Part shown: piece by piece, positions 12,276 through 26,837 of the stretch | Position numbering within the stretch: position 1 is the first letter of the stretch | Layout: each line of letters starts with the position of its first letter | Source of the DNA: Lama guanicoe | Taxonomy: Eukaryota | Length of the DNA: 64,000 bases | Assembly (NCBI GenBank): GCA_013239625.1 | Contig: MU054026.1 | Coordinates: 930,001 to 994,000 of the forward strand | Direction: 5' to 3' | Program-made: the position numbers and the translations under genes | Notes under the pieces: model-generated | What the model saw: only the letters and a program-made list of their open reading frames with translations | What the model was told of the DNA's origin: nothing | The model's database searches: none

Positions 12276-14499
12276 CCATTTTTTCGAATTAATCTTTTTT
12301 ATGGTCCATTTTCAGGAATATTACTAAAGTTCACCCAGTTGCTAAGCATTCCCCACCCTCTGAACTCTATACTCCAGACATTTAAAGCTACTTGTACTTT
12401 CCTGAATCTGTCATTTCTTCTGCCAAAGTACATTTTCCATGAATGCAACACATCCCTTAAAAGTTTTACCTCCAAAGTCTTTACCTCCAATGTCTTTGAA
12501 GGGAAGTGCTGCCTTCACCCTCACCCCATACATCTTCCCAGGTATCTTGTAGGCACTGCCCTTTTTTTCCCATCATAAATAGCACCTAGTCAATGGTAGA
12601 AAAAAAAATCATGCTCATTTCATATTCTCAGAATCTAGCTATAGCAGAGATTTGATAAATATTTGTGGAATGAATTAGATTTACAAAATGAAGTCACAGC
12701 ACTACAGCCTCCCCGATGTTAGTAACCTCTAATCCGCAGCCTTGTACACGATGGCTTTGAGATGATTCTCTACTAACTTTCTTATTTCGCTAAGCATGTG
12801 CCATCTCTGAGGAAGCTGTGAAGTATTAACATAAATAATTAAAACAAAACTCACTTATGCAGCTAATTTGTGATGCAGCCTAATTTCGTTTATAATGTTT
12901 ACTTGCTAGCTCATCTGAGGAATTTGAAAGTCCATTTATCTAGCGATCTTGAAAAATCATTGTTGTCTTAGTATTTAGGGGCACTCAGTCTACCTTCATC
13001 AGTAAGTTTCTGTGAGCCTATATTTTCTTTTCAATGGGAACTTGGAATATCCATTAATTTTGCCATTTAGTCTCTGGATCTGATGTTTGGAATGCATAAT
13101 GAATGCATTTGCAAATTAGCAGGGTGAGTATTTTGCAATTATGAAAGCAATTAATACTTTGTGTCAGAAGAAAAAAATCTTACAAGATTCCGGCATTCAG
13201 TAGCAAAAAATGTATGCCTTATGCCTAAACTGTAACTATATTTAAAAAGTGATGTAAATGACCCAATTCATGGATTATTTAAATACAATAAACTTGAACT
13301 TGGAAAGCGTCTTCAGCTTCTCTCAGACCCCGCTGACACACCGCCTATTCTCATGACAAAGGAAATATTGACCATCTCCACAGGTATTTTATAACATTAA
13401 AATTCTGTTTGTGGTTTTTGTAAACCTACCCTGGAAAATTACAAGTGAGATTAAGAGGAACTCTGACAGCCTGGGGAGGAACTGATAGATGACCTGCCAT
13501 ATGCAAGGCCACCGGCTCTCTGCTAAGGTCAGCTCTCACACACCAGAGGACAAAAGCAAGACCCAAGGTCCTGAGAGAGCAGCAAGTGTGTGTCCAGTGA
13601 GCTCCACCCCCTGGCCAAAGGGGAAAGACCGTTCTTTTATATATGTGCATACATGCACTTAATGTTTAATTGCATTTTTATTATTCATACAAGCACACAT
13701 CATATATATGTATACGATATATACTTATTTTATATATGATGTAGTGTGTATATTGTGTGGAGGGTTAAAAAAGAAAAAGGAGTGATTCCATGCCCTTGTG
13801 TCCTTGGTTTATCCTTACTACAGATTTGTGCTCCTCACTCCTGCTGGTCTAGTTAAGTCTGTACATTTACCTTTCTGAATGAGTTTGTCAGAATGATCCT
13901 GGGATCAGCCCAAGACAGACTTTAGGGGGGAGTTACCATTAGTGAAATCATCTAAATCAGGATGGCAGATCCAAGTTCAGGTCTCAAGGCAGCCCAGCAA
14001 TAAATTGCCCTCTGGGTACCTGAGCCTCCCACCACCACTCATTAGATGTTGAAGGTTTCCATGGATACCTTGTCCTGGGTACAGGTGAAATGATAGTTCT
14101 TCAGAAGCTCTTTGTTCAAACAGGATGGCTTGGAGTTCAGGAGAGGTTAGCCTAATTAGTTACCAGAGGGAAGCAGGTTTCTATGAACGGCTTCCAAAGC
14201 CCACTTTAATTAAAGTACAAAAAGGGATGAGAAAGTGAAAGTGTGAAAGGCAGCAGAGTAAAAATTTTAACTCGGATCTGATTTTAATGCTCCTTTAGTA
14301 CTACTGACTGATTCCCTATTGCCTAAAACAGACATTCCCAGATTTCTGTGTTTTTTTAATTTAAATAGTGTTTTTTTTTAATTGAGGGTGGATTGGGGTT
14401 TTGTCGGCATTGCAGTAATAGATATTTTGTTTTTGTTTTTGCCTTCCCAGTAGGCCTTTTCTCTCTCTCTCTCTTATTTATTTATTTATTTTTTTTGGA

Positions 14500-14988
14500 A
14501 ATAGTGACCCAATCTTTTGTGACAGTCACCATTTCCCATTTCTCAGCCCAACAGTTTTGATGGAATTCACTCTATTTTTGACTCCAAGGATAAGTAAGTA
14601 ATTCAGACCTGGCTATTCAGTGAACTGCATCTCTCTACCCAAATTTTTGGTAGTGAGATTAGATACGAATTAGACAAACTCAATGAGACCCCTCTTCCTG
14701 GGAATTTTGCTAGGCAGTATTCGGAAGTAATCACATTTCTTGATAGCAGTAGCTAAATTTGTGAATGTAAGTGACTATCTAAGGGGAAAAATCAATAGAA
14801 ATGTAAGGACAACAAAGAGAAACGTTCTGATGATATTGTTAACAGCTCTGAATCTAGTTATGCCTGAATCCAACTGAGTAGGCTTTCCTGGTTATAGGAA
14901 CTAATAAATTCACTTTTGGTAATTCTGTTGTTGTTCAAACTACTATACGTGGAGATCTGCAAGAATTAAATGAGTTCTGACTAACAGA
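14500..14988 (+). mobile_element. Ancient ERVL-type LTR (LTR16/LTR33-like)
   Basis: Diagnostic 3' part: 'ctgaatctagttatgcctgaa...ggaactaataaattcac...tgcaagaattaaatgagttctgactaacaga'. Confidence 0.6.
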
Positions 14989-15317
14989 GTTGTCAAGTTG
15001 TTATCCCAGCAAATATTATACAGTGATGTAAAGCATCATTGAGACTTCTTTCTGGCCCCCTTGGGTTACCAAGGACTACTGTGGAAAGAACCCATAGTTA
15101 GAAACAAAGAAGATAAATTTCAAATAGCCAGGTTCAATGGGGGCCATAGTCCCTAGTGCTAGATATTTATAGTTTGCATAAATTTCAAGGACTAGCTGGG
15201 AATTATCTGCCTCCAGAAATACTTTGAAATAGGTTAAAAAGAGATAAAAAAATGTTTTCTTGTCACATCAGAAATTGGTGAGCAAGACATTATCTATTCC
15301 TTTCTCTCCCCGTCTCA

Positions 15318-16226
15318 TGTAACTTAGAGGGCCACTGTATCCAGGATTACTTGTAAAAGATGATTGTATCTGTAAGAGTGGGCCCTGTTTCCTAGCTGGA
15401 GATTGAATGTTTTCTGAACTTTAGGACATGCTACTATACTCACAGCCACTGGAGTGCAGGGAATGAACCTTAGGGAAAAGGTAGAATGGCATGGTGCATT
15501 GGAAGAGATCTAATACTGACTCCAAAGGTAGTCAAGATCAAACACAGATCCAAGACAGTCATGGCTAAAATGCATAGGCTTTTTGTGGCCTCTGCCAGGT
15601 TTGGGAAGAAATTGCAGATTCTGGTAGAGCGCTCAGAGAGTGTCCCAGGGAGCCAAGTATTGGTGTCTGGGAGAGTTGCAGAGGCCACTGGGTGAGGAAA
15701 GGAAAGAAGTGTAGCTGGATCTCCAGTGGTAGAATTCCTTCAGACCACCTGGGCAAGCTAATATAACAAGCTATCTCAGGTCACCGTTAGCGTGGAGACT
15801 AGTCTATAGGGTACCCAGCACCAGGAAAGAAGTCACGATGGCCCAGAGGCAGAGCTCTTCATCCAGGCAGAAGTAGATGCCAATGCCTTCTTTACGTCTC
15901 CTTCCCTTGCCACCCACATGTACTTATGCAGCTTCCACATTAAGAGATGCTTGACGGAACAAGAAGGGAGAGAGAGAGAGAAAGTGAAGAAGAACGAGTC
16001 TCATTCTGGATCTGTGGTATCTCAACCCGAGCTCTTGAAGACAGGACTCTGAACCAGAGTCTACAGACAGTATCACCTAGACTTGGTTGAATATTTACCT
16101 GAAGGGGGATAGCCTTAAACAGGAGCTGACTAAAAAGCCAAAGGACAGGACTGATATCTTTTGGACGGGAGGGAGATATGGTTCATTGCCAATATTAAAT
16201 TTCCATCTTTCCCATGCAGGTTCACA
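15318..16226 (+). mobile_element. Possible ancient LTR (family unassigned)
   Basis: A more GC-rich block starting TGTAAC and ending GTTCACA, with ATTAAA about 30 bp before the end. No TSD is preserved. Confidence 0.25.
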
Positions 16227-17043
16227 ATGGTTGGGGACTTAAAAAAAAAACGGACTTCTCTTGTGTCTCTGAGTTAAGACTGATCAATATAGTCCTCCAT
16301 CCAAGTACAGACACTAAAAGAGGGGAGGAAGGTAGGAAGGGGGAAAAAAAAAGACTGACTCAATCTATTATTACTGTCAATTCATTTTTAATAAAGTTAC
16401 TTTCCAAAACAAAACATTAAATGAGTAGAAAAGAACTAATATCAAAGTAAGAGATGGTATTTCATATGAAGTAAACATAAAAAAAAAAACCTACATGGTC
16501 CCTTTTTTTTTTCTCTATGTCATGGCAGAATGGTGCAAATGTCATTATGGACTGGTGTATGGATACAGAATACAAATTTACATGGCACCTGTATGACCCT
16601 CAGCTGCTTGCTTTTTCAGAACCAGCTCTCAATTTCTCCCTGGTATCTTGGTTTAAACCATACCAAATAACGTAACATTTTCTTTGCTCGTCTTCCCTCC
16701 ATTATTTCAGTACTTGCATTCCCTTAGCAGGAATTATCTTCCTTTTCCTGTGGGCCTTAACAATCAGTAATTTTGCATATAATTTTATGTCAAGACAGAA
16801 ATGAAACATGAGTTTCATTGTAATGCCATTCTTGACACTTCCGAGATGAGTTAAAAGCTTCTCTTATGTAATGTGCGCGTTCTTCCACTATGATCACATT
16901 TCTTTTCAAATTTGTTTTTGTATTGATTTTTTAACTTGCATTTAAGCTCCTTGAAGAAAGGAAAGAAACAGTGTAATAATTGTAAGCATTAATCCTTATG
17001 CTTAATAGTTCAAAATTAAATCTTATAAACGAATTAAAATTCT

Positions 17044-17120
17044 TGTTCAAATTCTGACTCAGTTACTTACTAGTTATGTAACCTTAAGCAAACTATTGTA
17101 CCTCTCTCAGCCTCATTTTA
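17044..17120 (+). mobile_element. MIR core fragment
   Basis: 'gttcaaattctgactcagttacttactagttatgtaaccttaagcaaactattgtacctctctcagcctca'. Confidence 0.7.
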
Positions 17121-18704
17121 TCTATTATTCATTCATTTTTACCCAGAATTCAAATAGTGATTACCATGTAATGTGTGTGTACATGTGTGTAATATAATAA
17201 ATGTTGGATTATTAAAATTGTGAATGAATTGATTTGAACAACTAAAGTTGTAAGACAATCTTTACCTTGAATAAGAGAAAAAAATCACTAAACAATTCGC
17301 AAAATTTTCTTGTTTCTTTTCCAAATGGAGTCTTTTGGAAAAGAGACTAAGTCAGGGTTTAGTGCTTTCCCTCAAATATGAGTTATATTATGGGGAAAAG
17401 CATAGCATTGACTTTTCAAGTGAGGCAGGAATTAGAAATATTGACATATTACCCTTTGCAGCCTTTTTTATGACTGTTAACATCATGTATGACTTGTTGC
17501 CATTGCATTTATCCTAGTTCCACAGACATATAAAATGGCTAAAATAGGGTCACTCAATGGTGATGGCAAAAGAAACTCTACTGAAGTTAGTCAAGGAATT
17601 AGAGACTTAAAGAAACGTGAAAGTCATCCAATCATAAGACTTGAAATCTTCAGTGACTTACATTAGGTCATACAACAAATTAATGATAAAGATGACATGA
17701 GCCCCCAACTTTTCTGACACTATGTTCAATGATAATGACCCCAGCATGACATAGTGTCTCCTCTTGTGTCTGAATTGCTCCTTGGAAGTCAGTTTCTTTG
17801 GATGCAAAAAATACCTGGTGTTGGCACAAACTTCCTCACTGTCCTCAATGACAGTTTTTTGATCTCAGTATTTTTTTTTAAACAAGCATCTTTCTCCTGA
17901 ATTTAATTCCTTCCTTTCCATACATAAACCTCTCGCTTAACTATAGGAAGAATTCTCTCAGCAACACCCTTAACTTATCAACCTTGCATTTTTTGATGCA
18001 GCAATCCTACAAGCTTCCAGGCCTTCTTTAAGGATTGGAGTCCTGCCAAATGAAATTGTTCAAACCTTAGGGTTGATTCTCAGCTGAATCCTCATTCCTT
18101 CACAACCATTCTTTTGCTTTTCTGTGACCATAAACCCTAACATTTCCTGATTTATATCTTTACCCATTCCTCCCATCCATTAGCCAGCTTCTTCCACCAC
18201 CTAACACAGCGCGCAGATGAACTGCCCTTCTACCACAGAGAAAAAAGTTCTATTGGGTAAAACTCTCTACTATCTATTATCAAACTTCTCTGAATTTGGA
18301 CTCTGTTGCTTCCTTTTTTAGCTCTGCTTATAGAAGAGGAAAATGCTCCTTTTTTCAAGGCTAGTCCTTCTACTTGCTCTATGGACTTCTGTTATTCTTC
18401 TTTTCCATATCCTACAGAAAGTATTTCTTATACCATTCCCTCTTATTATGAACTGTTTGTTCTTTACTGGCTTTTTTCTTCAAATAAATGTAGCATTTTA
18501 TCTTCTAATTTTGAATTTTGTTTTCCTGGATCGTCTTTTTTTTTTTTTTTTTGGTCTTTGGTTACTGTCTGGTTCTCTCTTTTTCAAAATCAATTTGTTT
18601 AAAGAATACTCCACACTCATATACCAGTCATGATTCAACATACTCAAGTTAGTTACCTGCCTCACCTCTCCACTGGAACTTCTCTAACTAAAATCAATTC
18701 CAAA

Positions 18705-20295
18705 TAAATGGAAATTCATTTCAGGTACATAAATTGGAAATGCCTAACATTGTTAAGATGTTAATAGTTGACAAGGCAATCTAAAGATGTAATGAAATCT
18801 TTATCGATACCAGTGAAATGTTTTGTAGAAATAGAAATGTGCATCCTAAAATTCCCATAGAATCTCAAGAGATGCTGAACAGCCAAAACAATCTTAAAAA
18901 AAAAAAGTTGGAGGTCTCCAAGCAGTTTGGTATAAAGGAAAACCAAAACATGGAATAAATTAGAGACACCTATATGGTCAAATAAGTTTTGACAAGGGTG
19001 CCAAGAACTTTCACTGGGAAAGGACGGTCTTTTAAACAAATGGTGTTGGGGGAAACTGGATATTTACATGTGAGATAAAAGAAGCCGGGCTCTTATCTTA
19101 CATATACACAAAAATTAACTCAAAAAAGAACGAAGGCCTGAATGTAAAACTTAAAACTACAGAACTCTTAGAAGAAAACAAGGGGAAAATTCATGACATG
19201 GGGCTTGGCAATGCTTTATAGACTACAACCTCAAAAGCACAGGTAATAAAAGAGCTGCATTGAACTAAATCGAAATTAAAAATTTCTGTCCATCAAGAGA
19301 CATAATCAAAACCCTGAAAGGCAACTAAAAGAATGGGAGATAAAAATTTTCAAGCCACATGTCTAATACGGAGTTAACATCTAGAATATATAAAGAGCTA
19401 CAGTTACTGCAGCTACTACAGCCAACTACACTGAAATAATGACCACAACAACAACAAAAATTTGATTAAAATATAGGCAAAAGACTAGAATAAGCATGCT
19501 CAACAAGCACATGAAAAAATATGCAGCGCCACTATCATTAGGAGAATGTGAATCCAAGCCACAACGAGATACCACCTCACACCCAGTAGGAGGGTTGCTA
19601 TCAAGAACAGAAATGAAAAAGAAACTTAACACAGTTTGATGATGGTGTGGGAAGACTGGCATCCTTGTGCATTACTGGGAGGAACATAAAGTGAAGCAGC
19701 AGCTTTAGAAATACAACATTTCCTCAAAAAGTTTAAAATCAAATTACCATATGACCCGCCAGTCTCATTTCTGGGTACATGCACAAAATTGGAAGTAAGA
19801 TCCTGAAGAGATACCTGTATACTCATAATGATAGCATTATTCACAATAACGAAAAGATGGAGGTAACCTAAGTGTCCACTGATGGATGAATGCATAAACA
19901 AGATGTGGTATACATATATAATGGAATATTATTCAGCCTTAAATTCTGACAGGCTGCAATATGGATGAATCTTGAGTTTATTATGCAAAATGAAATAAGC
20001 CAGTCACAAAGTGACAATTGTATGATTCCAATTATATAGGGTACCTATAGTAGTCAAATTCATAAAGTCAGAGAGCAGAATGATAATTTCCAGGGACTGG
20101 GTAAAGAGACAAATGAGAAGCTGTTGTTTAATTTATATAGAGTTTTAGATTTGCAAGTTGAAAAAACTTTTGCTGTTTGGTTGGACAACAATGTAAATGT
20201 AATTAACACTACTAAATTACACACTTAAAAATGGCTAAGATGGTAAATTTTATGTTGTGTGTATTTTCCCACAATTCTTAAAAATGTTTAAAAAA
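18705..20295 (+). mobile_element. Old LINE-1 (L1MB-like) 3' portion, flanked by L2 remnants
   Basis: Degraded ORF2 C-terminus plus the L1MB-type tail 'cacttaaaaatggctaagatggtaaattttatgttgtgtgtatttt'. Confidence 0.85.
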
Positions 20296-21636
20296 ATTCT
20301 ACCATATTTTACTAAAAAATAAATTAAAAGTTTGTTTTATTATCTATTCCTTAAAAAAGTAAAAAAAAAATTATAGTATCTCCAAACCTAGGGTTATTTT
20401 GCAGTCTTATATTTTATTTTTAAAAATTCCCTGTAATATTTATCACTACTGTTTGGCTAAATTCTCTTCCCCGTTGGATTCTGTAAGATACGGTTCCCTT
20501 TCTATGTCACTTTCTGGTCCTTACTCTTCTGCCCATGCAATAAGACTAGATATTGCCCAGAGATTTGGACTCAGCCTCTTACTATTAGTACCACCTTTTG
20601 ATTGAGTGACAAGTGCCTTTGCTCAGGCAGTCTTGGCACTTAAGGGCAACTTCTCCAGCCCTCTTCTGGTGATACCCGTTCACACAGTGTAAGGAAGTCA
20701 ACAGTAGATACTAAACTGAATTCTGAACCTTTCTAGAACTTGGTATTTGAGACTTCAGAATTACCTTCCCCAAAAGTCTTAAGCCTGCTTCTTTGGTCTC
20801 ATCACTAGATCCAGCCTGCCAACAGAAGTCTTCCCTTTATAAATAAGCATAGCTCTGTATAAGGAGAGAGCCAAATAGTGGCCCTCTGTGAGAGATGAGT
20901 GTGTGAGGAGAGGATATGAGACAACTTGGATATGTAGATAGAAGGACTCTTGAAGTGAAGGACAAATCAAAGGTGAAAATAAAGGAGAGGAATTGGCCTT
21001 GAAACTTCTAGGGACCTTCATTTCTACTTCATTTCTATTGGTCAGGTCAAGATTATTACACACATTTCTTAAACAAATTTATTAACTCCCATATTTTAAA
21101 ATCCCATTTGCATCAATGGATTCCCATATCTGTTGCCTCCAGCCATACTCTCTCTGTTGGAGGTCTAAACTTCTCATTGCTCCCTAAATATATCCACCTG
21201 GATTTCCCAGTCTCAAATTTAACATCTAAAAATCAATTTGGTATGCCCATTTTCCATAAATACACCTTGCTTTCTATCCCCTTGTGCTTCTTTATCTTAT
21301 TAATAGCAAGCCAACTTCCTAGTGGTTCATTGTAGATCCTTATATCTCTTTCCCCCCAAAACCAGAAAATCAGTTATTAATAATGTACCATTTCATCCCA
21401 GTACTCCTAAATGCAAAGTTTGAGAACTACTATGATACCTCCAAAACAGGAGATGATGGATTTTAGAAGCTGGTTGAATGTTTATCATTTTAGATATGCT
21501 AATAAATTGAGGAAAATATGTAAGGTATAAAAAGGTGTTCACAGCCACCAAAAAAAAAAAACCTAAATTATTTGAGGAAAGAACTGATTGAAAGTAAAAG
21601 TGAGTGAATTTTCCCTTTAGAGGTGTCCATCAGAAA

Positions 21637-22141
21637 TAATAAGGTCCAGGGCATGCTAACACAAAATATGGCACCTTGGCATATTGAATATTTTAAGACA
21701 AAGGAGGTTGAGAAAAAAGCTGAAGCAGGAATGTCTCTCTGATTTTCCCTCTGCTCCTATGTCTTTAAACAGGACCTAAAACCCTCATGTGAAAGGTGCT
21801 TTTCCTATAAACAGAGAAACAGAGCATCCTTATCTCCAAAGAAAAGGGACATCAAGGAGGACCCAAGCAAACATGCCCTGCCAACTTTCCTCTAGGTTGT
21901 ACACTTACTTCATACTCTTTACCTAACATGTTACTCTGCTGCACACGCTGTGTCAGACCCAGCATAAAAACACTCAGGTCTACATGTTTCTTTGGGTCTT
22001 CATTTTCTTATGAAGGTTATTATGTCATCTAAAACTTATATTAAATCAATGTGTGTGCTTTTCTTCTGTTAATCTGTCTTTAATTTTCAGACCCAGTCAG
22101 AGACCCTAAGAGGGTTGAGAAAAACTTTTTCTGCCTCTACA
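21637..22141 (+). mobile_element. ERV1 solo LTR, MER34-like
   Basis: Begins 'taataaggtccagggcatgctaacacaaaatatggcaccttggcatattgaatattttaag' and ends 'ctgcctctaca'; flanks gaaa/gaac are a degenerate 4-bp TSD. Confidence 0.8.
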
Positions 22142-22407
22142 GAACACAATCATAAATTTGCTTACATTAATCCAAAATCATTAGCTTTCAGCAAAGGAAC
22201 ATTGATGGAGGGAAGGGCTGGGGTAGTTGGAAGAACCCTTGTCATTGTCTTCAGGAAGCTCTTTATATATGCTGCACCACACACCAGGACTAGAATGATG
22301 TTGCAGAACCATGAGTCTGGGTAAAGGGTCAGAATAGGAGAGCAGACATGTATATTTAAAATCCTCCTCTGATAAAAGCCAAATTCATAGGCAGTATTTA
22401 AAAAAGC

Positions 22408-22431
22408 ATATATATACATATATATATGGAG

Positions 22432-22465
<34 letters not shown>

Positions 22466-22545
22466 ATGTGTGTGTATATATATATATCTCCAAAATATCT
22501 ATATAGCTATATATCTATATCTATAATATTTTATATATATACTAT
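22408..22545. repeat. (TA)n/(TG)n microsatellite containing an 18-bp perfect inverted repeat
   Basis: 22427-22444 TGGAGATATATATATATA is the reverse complement of 22475-22492. Confidence 0.9.
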
Positions 22546-24436
22546 CTACTCATTCAAGGAAGAGTAAAATTATTTTTAGCTCCCTTCTGTGCAAAGAAAG
22601 ACTAAACATTGGTATCTTTAAATATATATTTATGTGCATGTAAATAAGTAAAATTCTTAAAAACCACTGATATTTATAAACTCATCATAAAGTTTGAAGA
22701 ATAACTGACGTCTCTGACTCACCAAGAAAAAAACAGATTGAAAGGAGGTCAATTCAAGCCAAAAGTAATGAAAGAAAGTTCTTTGTATATGCTTGGAATA
22801 AATGATAGAAGCTGAGTAGCAGCTCTGGATAATAATTTAAGGCAAGAATATTAGGAATATAAACTGATGGATTGGAAAATATTTTTTCTTCTAGATCGTA
22901 GGCATGGCACGCTAAGGTATTAACAAGGACTGATTTCAATAGTTAGCCTGAAAAACAGACTGATATGTGTCCTTCTTTAAGCAAATTTGTCTTAAGTATT
23001 TGTTTTGAACCTCATCCGTACTATATACTGGACAAACAAAACTAGACATAGTCTATTCACTCAATGAATATATATTCAGTATGCAAAACACATAGGAATT
23101 AATTAATAAATTGAATATAAAATATATGCTGTAAAAGATAATTAAATGAAGCCTTAATGAATACATCCTGTCAAGTAAGGCAGAAAAAGAAATATGACTA
23201 AGTAATGATTGAGCAGAGAGATGGGAGAGAAGTTGGCATTAACTAGACTTACCATGTCTATATCTGTAACACAAAAGCTGAACTCTTTATCCATTTTATT
23301 CTTTAAAATAATCATTATTTTAAAAGAGTCCCAGGAAAATATCTCCCACTTTCATTTTACTTGATTTCATTCTAAGTTCTAAAGGTAATACAAAGAGAGT
23401 TTGTAAAAAATGTTGAACCTGGCATAAATGAGAGAGTAATGGAATTGACATTTGTTACCAATGTGGTGAAAAGTAATTAATCTGTGTCACTGGAGCCAAT
23501 AAGTCAGCACTTCCTTTAAATAAAAGTGAAAAGATATTCCAAGCCAATAGAACTTATAGAACTTAAGAGAAGGAAAGCAATTTGGATCATTTACAGAATT
23601 TTTCTTTCAAGGTGCAACTGAAGACCAATTCTATTTTAACATCTACACACTTAACTAGTAGACTCAATAGTGTTTTAATATTTTATTTTATTTTATTCTC
23701 CCCTTCTTCTAACTGCATGGGTGACTTAGCTTGGTCATTTTTTTTTAGACTGTGTCTAATAATTTGACTGTAGAGGGAAAATCTCTAAGAAGCCAGAAAG
23801 AGGCTTTTCTTTCCCATTTCCTTGAAGAGTAGCATGCTCTTTCCCTGCCCCACAAAAATGGACAGTTTCAGTCCACTCTCTGTGAAAGCCTTGACATCAG
23901 CTAAAAAATAAGATAAATCACAGAAACATCGCAATTATATTTTTATTAGGCAGTAGCTATGTGGTACAAAGACATCTGGTCAACCAGTTTCACAGACATT
24001 TTTCTCTCCATTGCATCAAGTGTTCAGATTGACTAGATTTTTTTTAGCCAAACCAAATGGATAATTTGACATCATGGAGATATAACTTTGTTCCACTTGT
24101 TTATTTTTAATATCATTATTAGCATGAAATATTAGGAGAAAAACTAGATTTCTAGCTAGATAGCTTAGTTTTCCCACAAGCAAAACATTTTTTGAATGAG
24201 TCTGAGGGTACATTCTGAACTTTTATGATCTTTAATATGCAGTAACAGTGGCACAAACACCACCATGCCTATGTGTGTGCTTTTCTACTAAATTTATATA
24301 TGAAAGTATAATAGCAGAGATTGAGACTTCACATTGTATTATCATGTTGAGCACACAGCATGCTCTCATTTATATTTTTATCATTGTATAAGAAACAAGA
24401 GATTTAGAAAATGACATTTTTTGAGAAGAGCATCTT

Positions 24437-24838
24437 TTATAAGTCAAGAAAGGCTAGGCTATGTTGAGGTAACCCAGACTCCCCATCTCAGGGGCACAGA
24501 ATAACATAAGTTGATTTGCTATATACACTAAGTGTTTACTCTGGATTGCTTGAGGACTCGGCTCATGGTCACCACTCAGGCACCCAGTCTTGTGAAACAG
24601 CCACCATCGCTAATAAGGTCAACCACCATGCTAGAGAGAAAAGGAGATCTGGAGGGGCTCACATTAGCCATTAAATGCCTTGGACTGAGGGTGACATGCA
24701 TTATCTCACTTACAATTCGCTGACCAGAATCAATCATATGGCTCCATACAATTATAAGGAAGGTATGAAGCATAAATCCACTATCTGTCTAGAAGGCAAA
24801 GATCCAGGTGTATTTTATGTACAGCATTAATGACCGCC
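24437..24838 (-). mobile_element. MaLR LTR (MLT1-like)
   Basis: 'agtcaagaaaggctaggctatgttgaggtaac...cccatctcaggggcacagaataacataag' is the reverse of an MLT1 3' end. Confidence 0.65.
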
Positions 24839-25344
24839 ATGCCCCTTAGGAGTGTACAGTGACTCCAGGACCAAAATAGATAGATTTCTGATAGCAGTCT
24901 ATGAATTTCCTCTTTGCTCAATTTCCCAGAGCTAGTTTCCAGGGTAGTAGAAACCTAACACACACACAAACACACACTTTGATATTTTCTTTTTTTCCTC
25001 CCAGTACTATATCCTAAAGAAATACATTAGATAAGTGTAACATTTAAGACAATAAATTGATGTGATGAGAGCCTAAAAGATGTTTTAAAAGCTCAAAACT
25101 GGGTTCAGCTTACTCTGGTAATAAAAATGGGCAGCTGCCAGTGCTCTTGTTTTTTGGATCTAATGAAAAGCTGAGAAGGGAAAGGCCATGAACAGAAAGG
25201 AAGAACTCTAATAGGAGGAATGAATTCTGAAAAGGGTTATTTCCACATCTTAGGGAAATGTAAGTACATAAACCACTGGAAAAGAAAAAAAAATAAAAGG
25301 AGTAAAAGGAGCTGAGAATAAAGATACACAACAAGTTTTATTAC

Positions 25345-26620
25345 ATTATTTCATTATTTCACTTGTTCAGCAATGACTTACTGGTCCTCTGATATGTGCT
25401 AACTCTGGAGTTGGCTCTGAACACAGGATATACAAGATAAACCCAGTCTTTATCTTTATGGAACTTACCAGCTCATCGAAGAAACATCAATATCATTATG
25501 ATAATCTTTAACCTATATTGAGTACTTACTACAAACTAACTTTCTGTGTTAATTTTAAATTATACAAAAAATAAAAAATAATGGTTTAAGTGAGTTTCAT
25601 TAAATAGCTTATTTTACTCTCAAAACTAACTACTTTATGAGATATGACTATTATTGTAACTATTTACAACAAGAACAGTGAGGCTCAGAAAAGATTGATA
25701 ATTTTCCAAAAGTTCCAAAGTAGAGTCTAGATTCAAATCTAAGAATTCTGACCCAATATCCCACACTCAATTGTTGCAGTACAAAAAATAGTACATATAA
25801 GTCTTATGTAGAAGTTTAAGTGTGACAAGAAGCCACAGGGAGGAGATTAAGAAAGGAAGTGACATTATCTGAGTTACACTTTCAGAAAGATCAATACGTA
25901 TGGGAATAGATCTTAGGGAGTCTATGGTAGAAAAAAAAGAAAAGAATATAGACTTCATTAAAGTATGTTGAAAATATACGATAGTGGTTTGGATCAGGGT
26001 GGTAGTAGAAGTGGTGGGAGAAAATAGTCAGATTTGGGATATTCTATGAAGATAATGTCCACAGATTGCATGTGGGTGTAAGAAGAACAAAATAGTTTTG
26101 TGGCTTGGTTAATTGGATGAATGGTGTATTATTTCCTAAAGTGGAGAAAAAAATATGGAAGGAGAAGTGTTGGGGTAGGGAAAATTAAAAATTATGTTCA
26201 GAAATCTTTATGCTTGAGATGATTTATTAATTATTCCAATGGATAAGAGATGTCAATCTGGCAGTTGGAAATACATGTCTGAGTTTTAAAGAAAAAAAAA
26301 TAAGACTAGAGACATAAATGTAAGATTCAACAGCATATAGATGGTATATAAGCCATGGTCCTGGATGTTTGGGTATAAATAAATCCTTAGAAATTTCAAC
26401 ATTTGCAGATCAGGAAAAGAAAAGAAAACCAACAAATGAGACTTACAAGCAGTGGCCAATGAAATAGAAAGACAGTATGGGGAATGTGGGATTCCTGGAA
26501 GCCAAGTGAGGAATGCTTCAAGTTTCAAGAAATAAAAGTTATCAGTGGCAAATGTTGCTAGTAAGTCAAGTAAGACAGACTGTGAACTAAACATAGGATT
26601 CAATATGATGGAAATAATTG
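25345..26620 (-). mobile_element. LINE-2 remnant interrupted by a MIR (about 25500-25760)
   Basis: Reverse L2 tail at 25345-25480, MIR core 'gaggctcagaaaagattgataatttt', and L2 body 'ggtttggatcagggtggtagtag...ggaagccaagtgaggaatgcttcaag'. Confidence 0.7.
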
Positions 26621-26837
26621 GCAATATTCATATTGTCACCGGACATTTCTGATTTGTTAGAGATTTTAAAAACATATCCTGATTCCATTGCCTTATTCTA
26701 TGTGTGTAACATGCTATTAACAAAATTTAACTGTCAAAATTTATCCCATTGAAGAGGCTGGCTACTTTCTCCAAAAGGCATATCTTTGCCAGAAGCAGTG
26801 TCTAGTCATTATGTGGACACTATAAAATTAAGTTCAC

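Noticed and set aside
23247..23280. Minus-strand 11-nt micro-exon candidate (ttacag|ATATAGACATG|gtaagt)
   Set aside because: Not frame-preserving, weak pyrimidine tract, no partner exons; a similar donor motif occurs by chance in the repeat near 57255.
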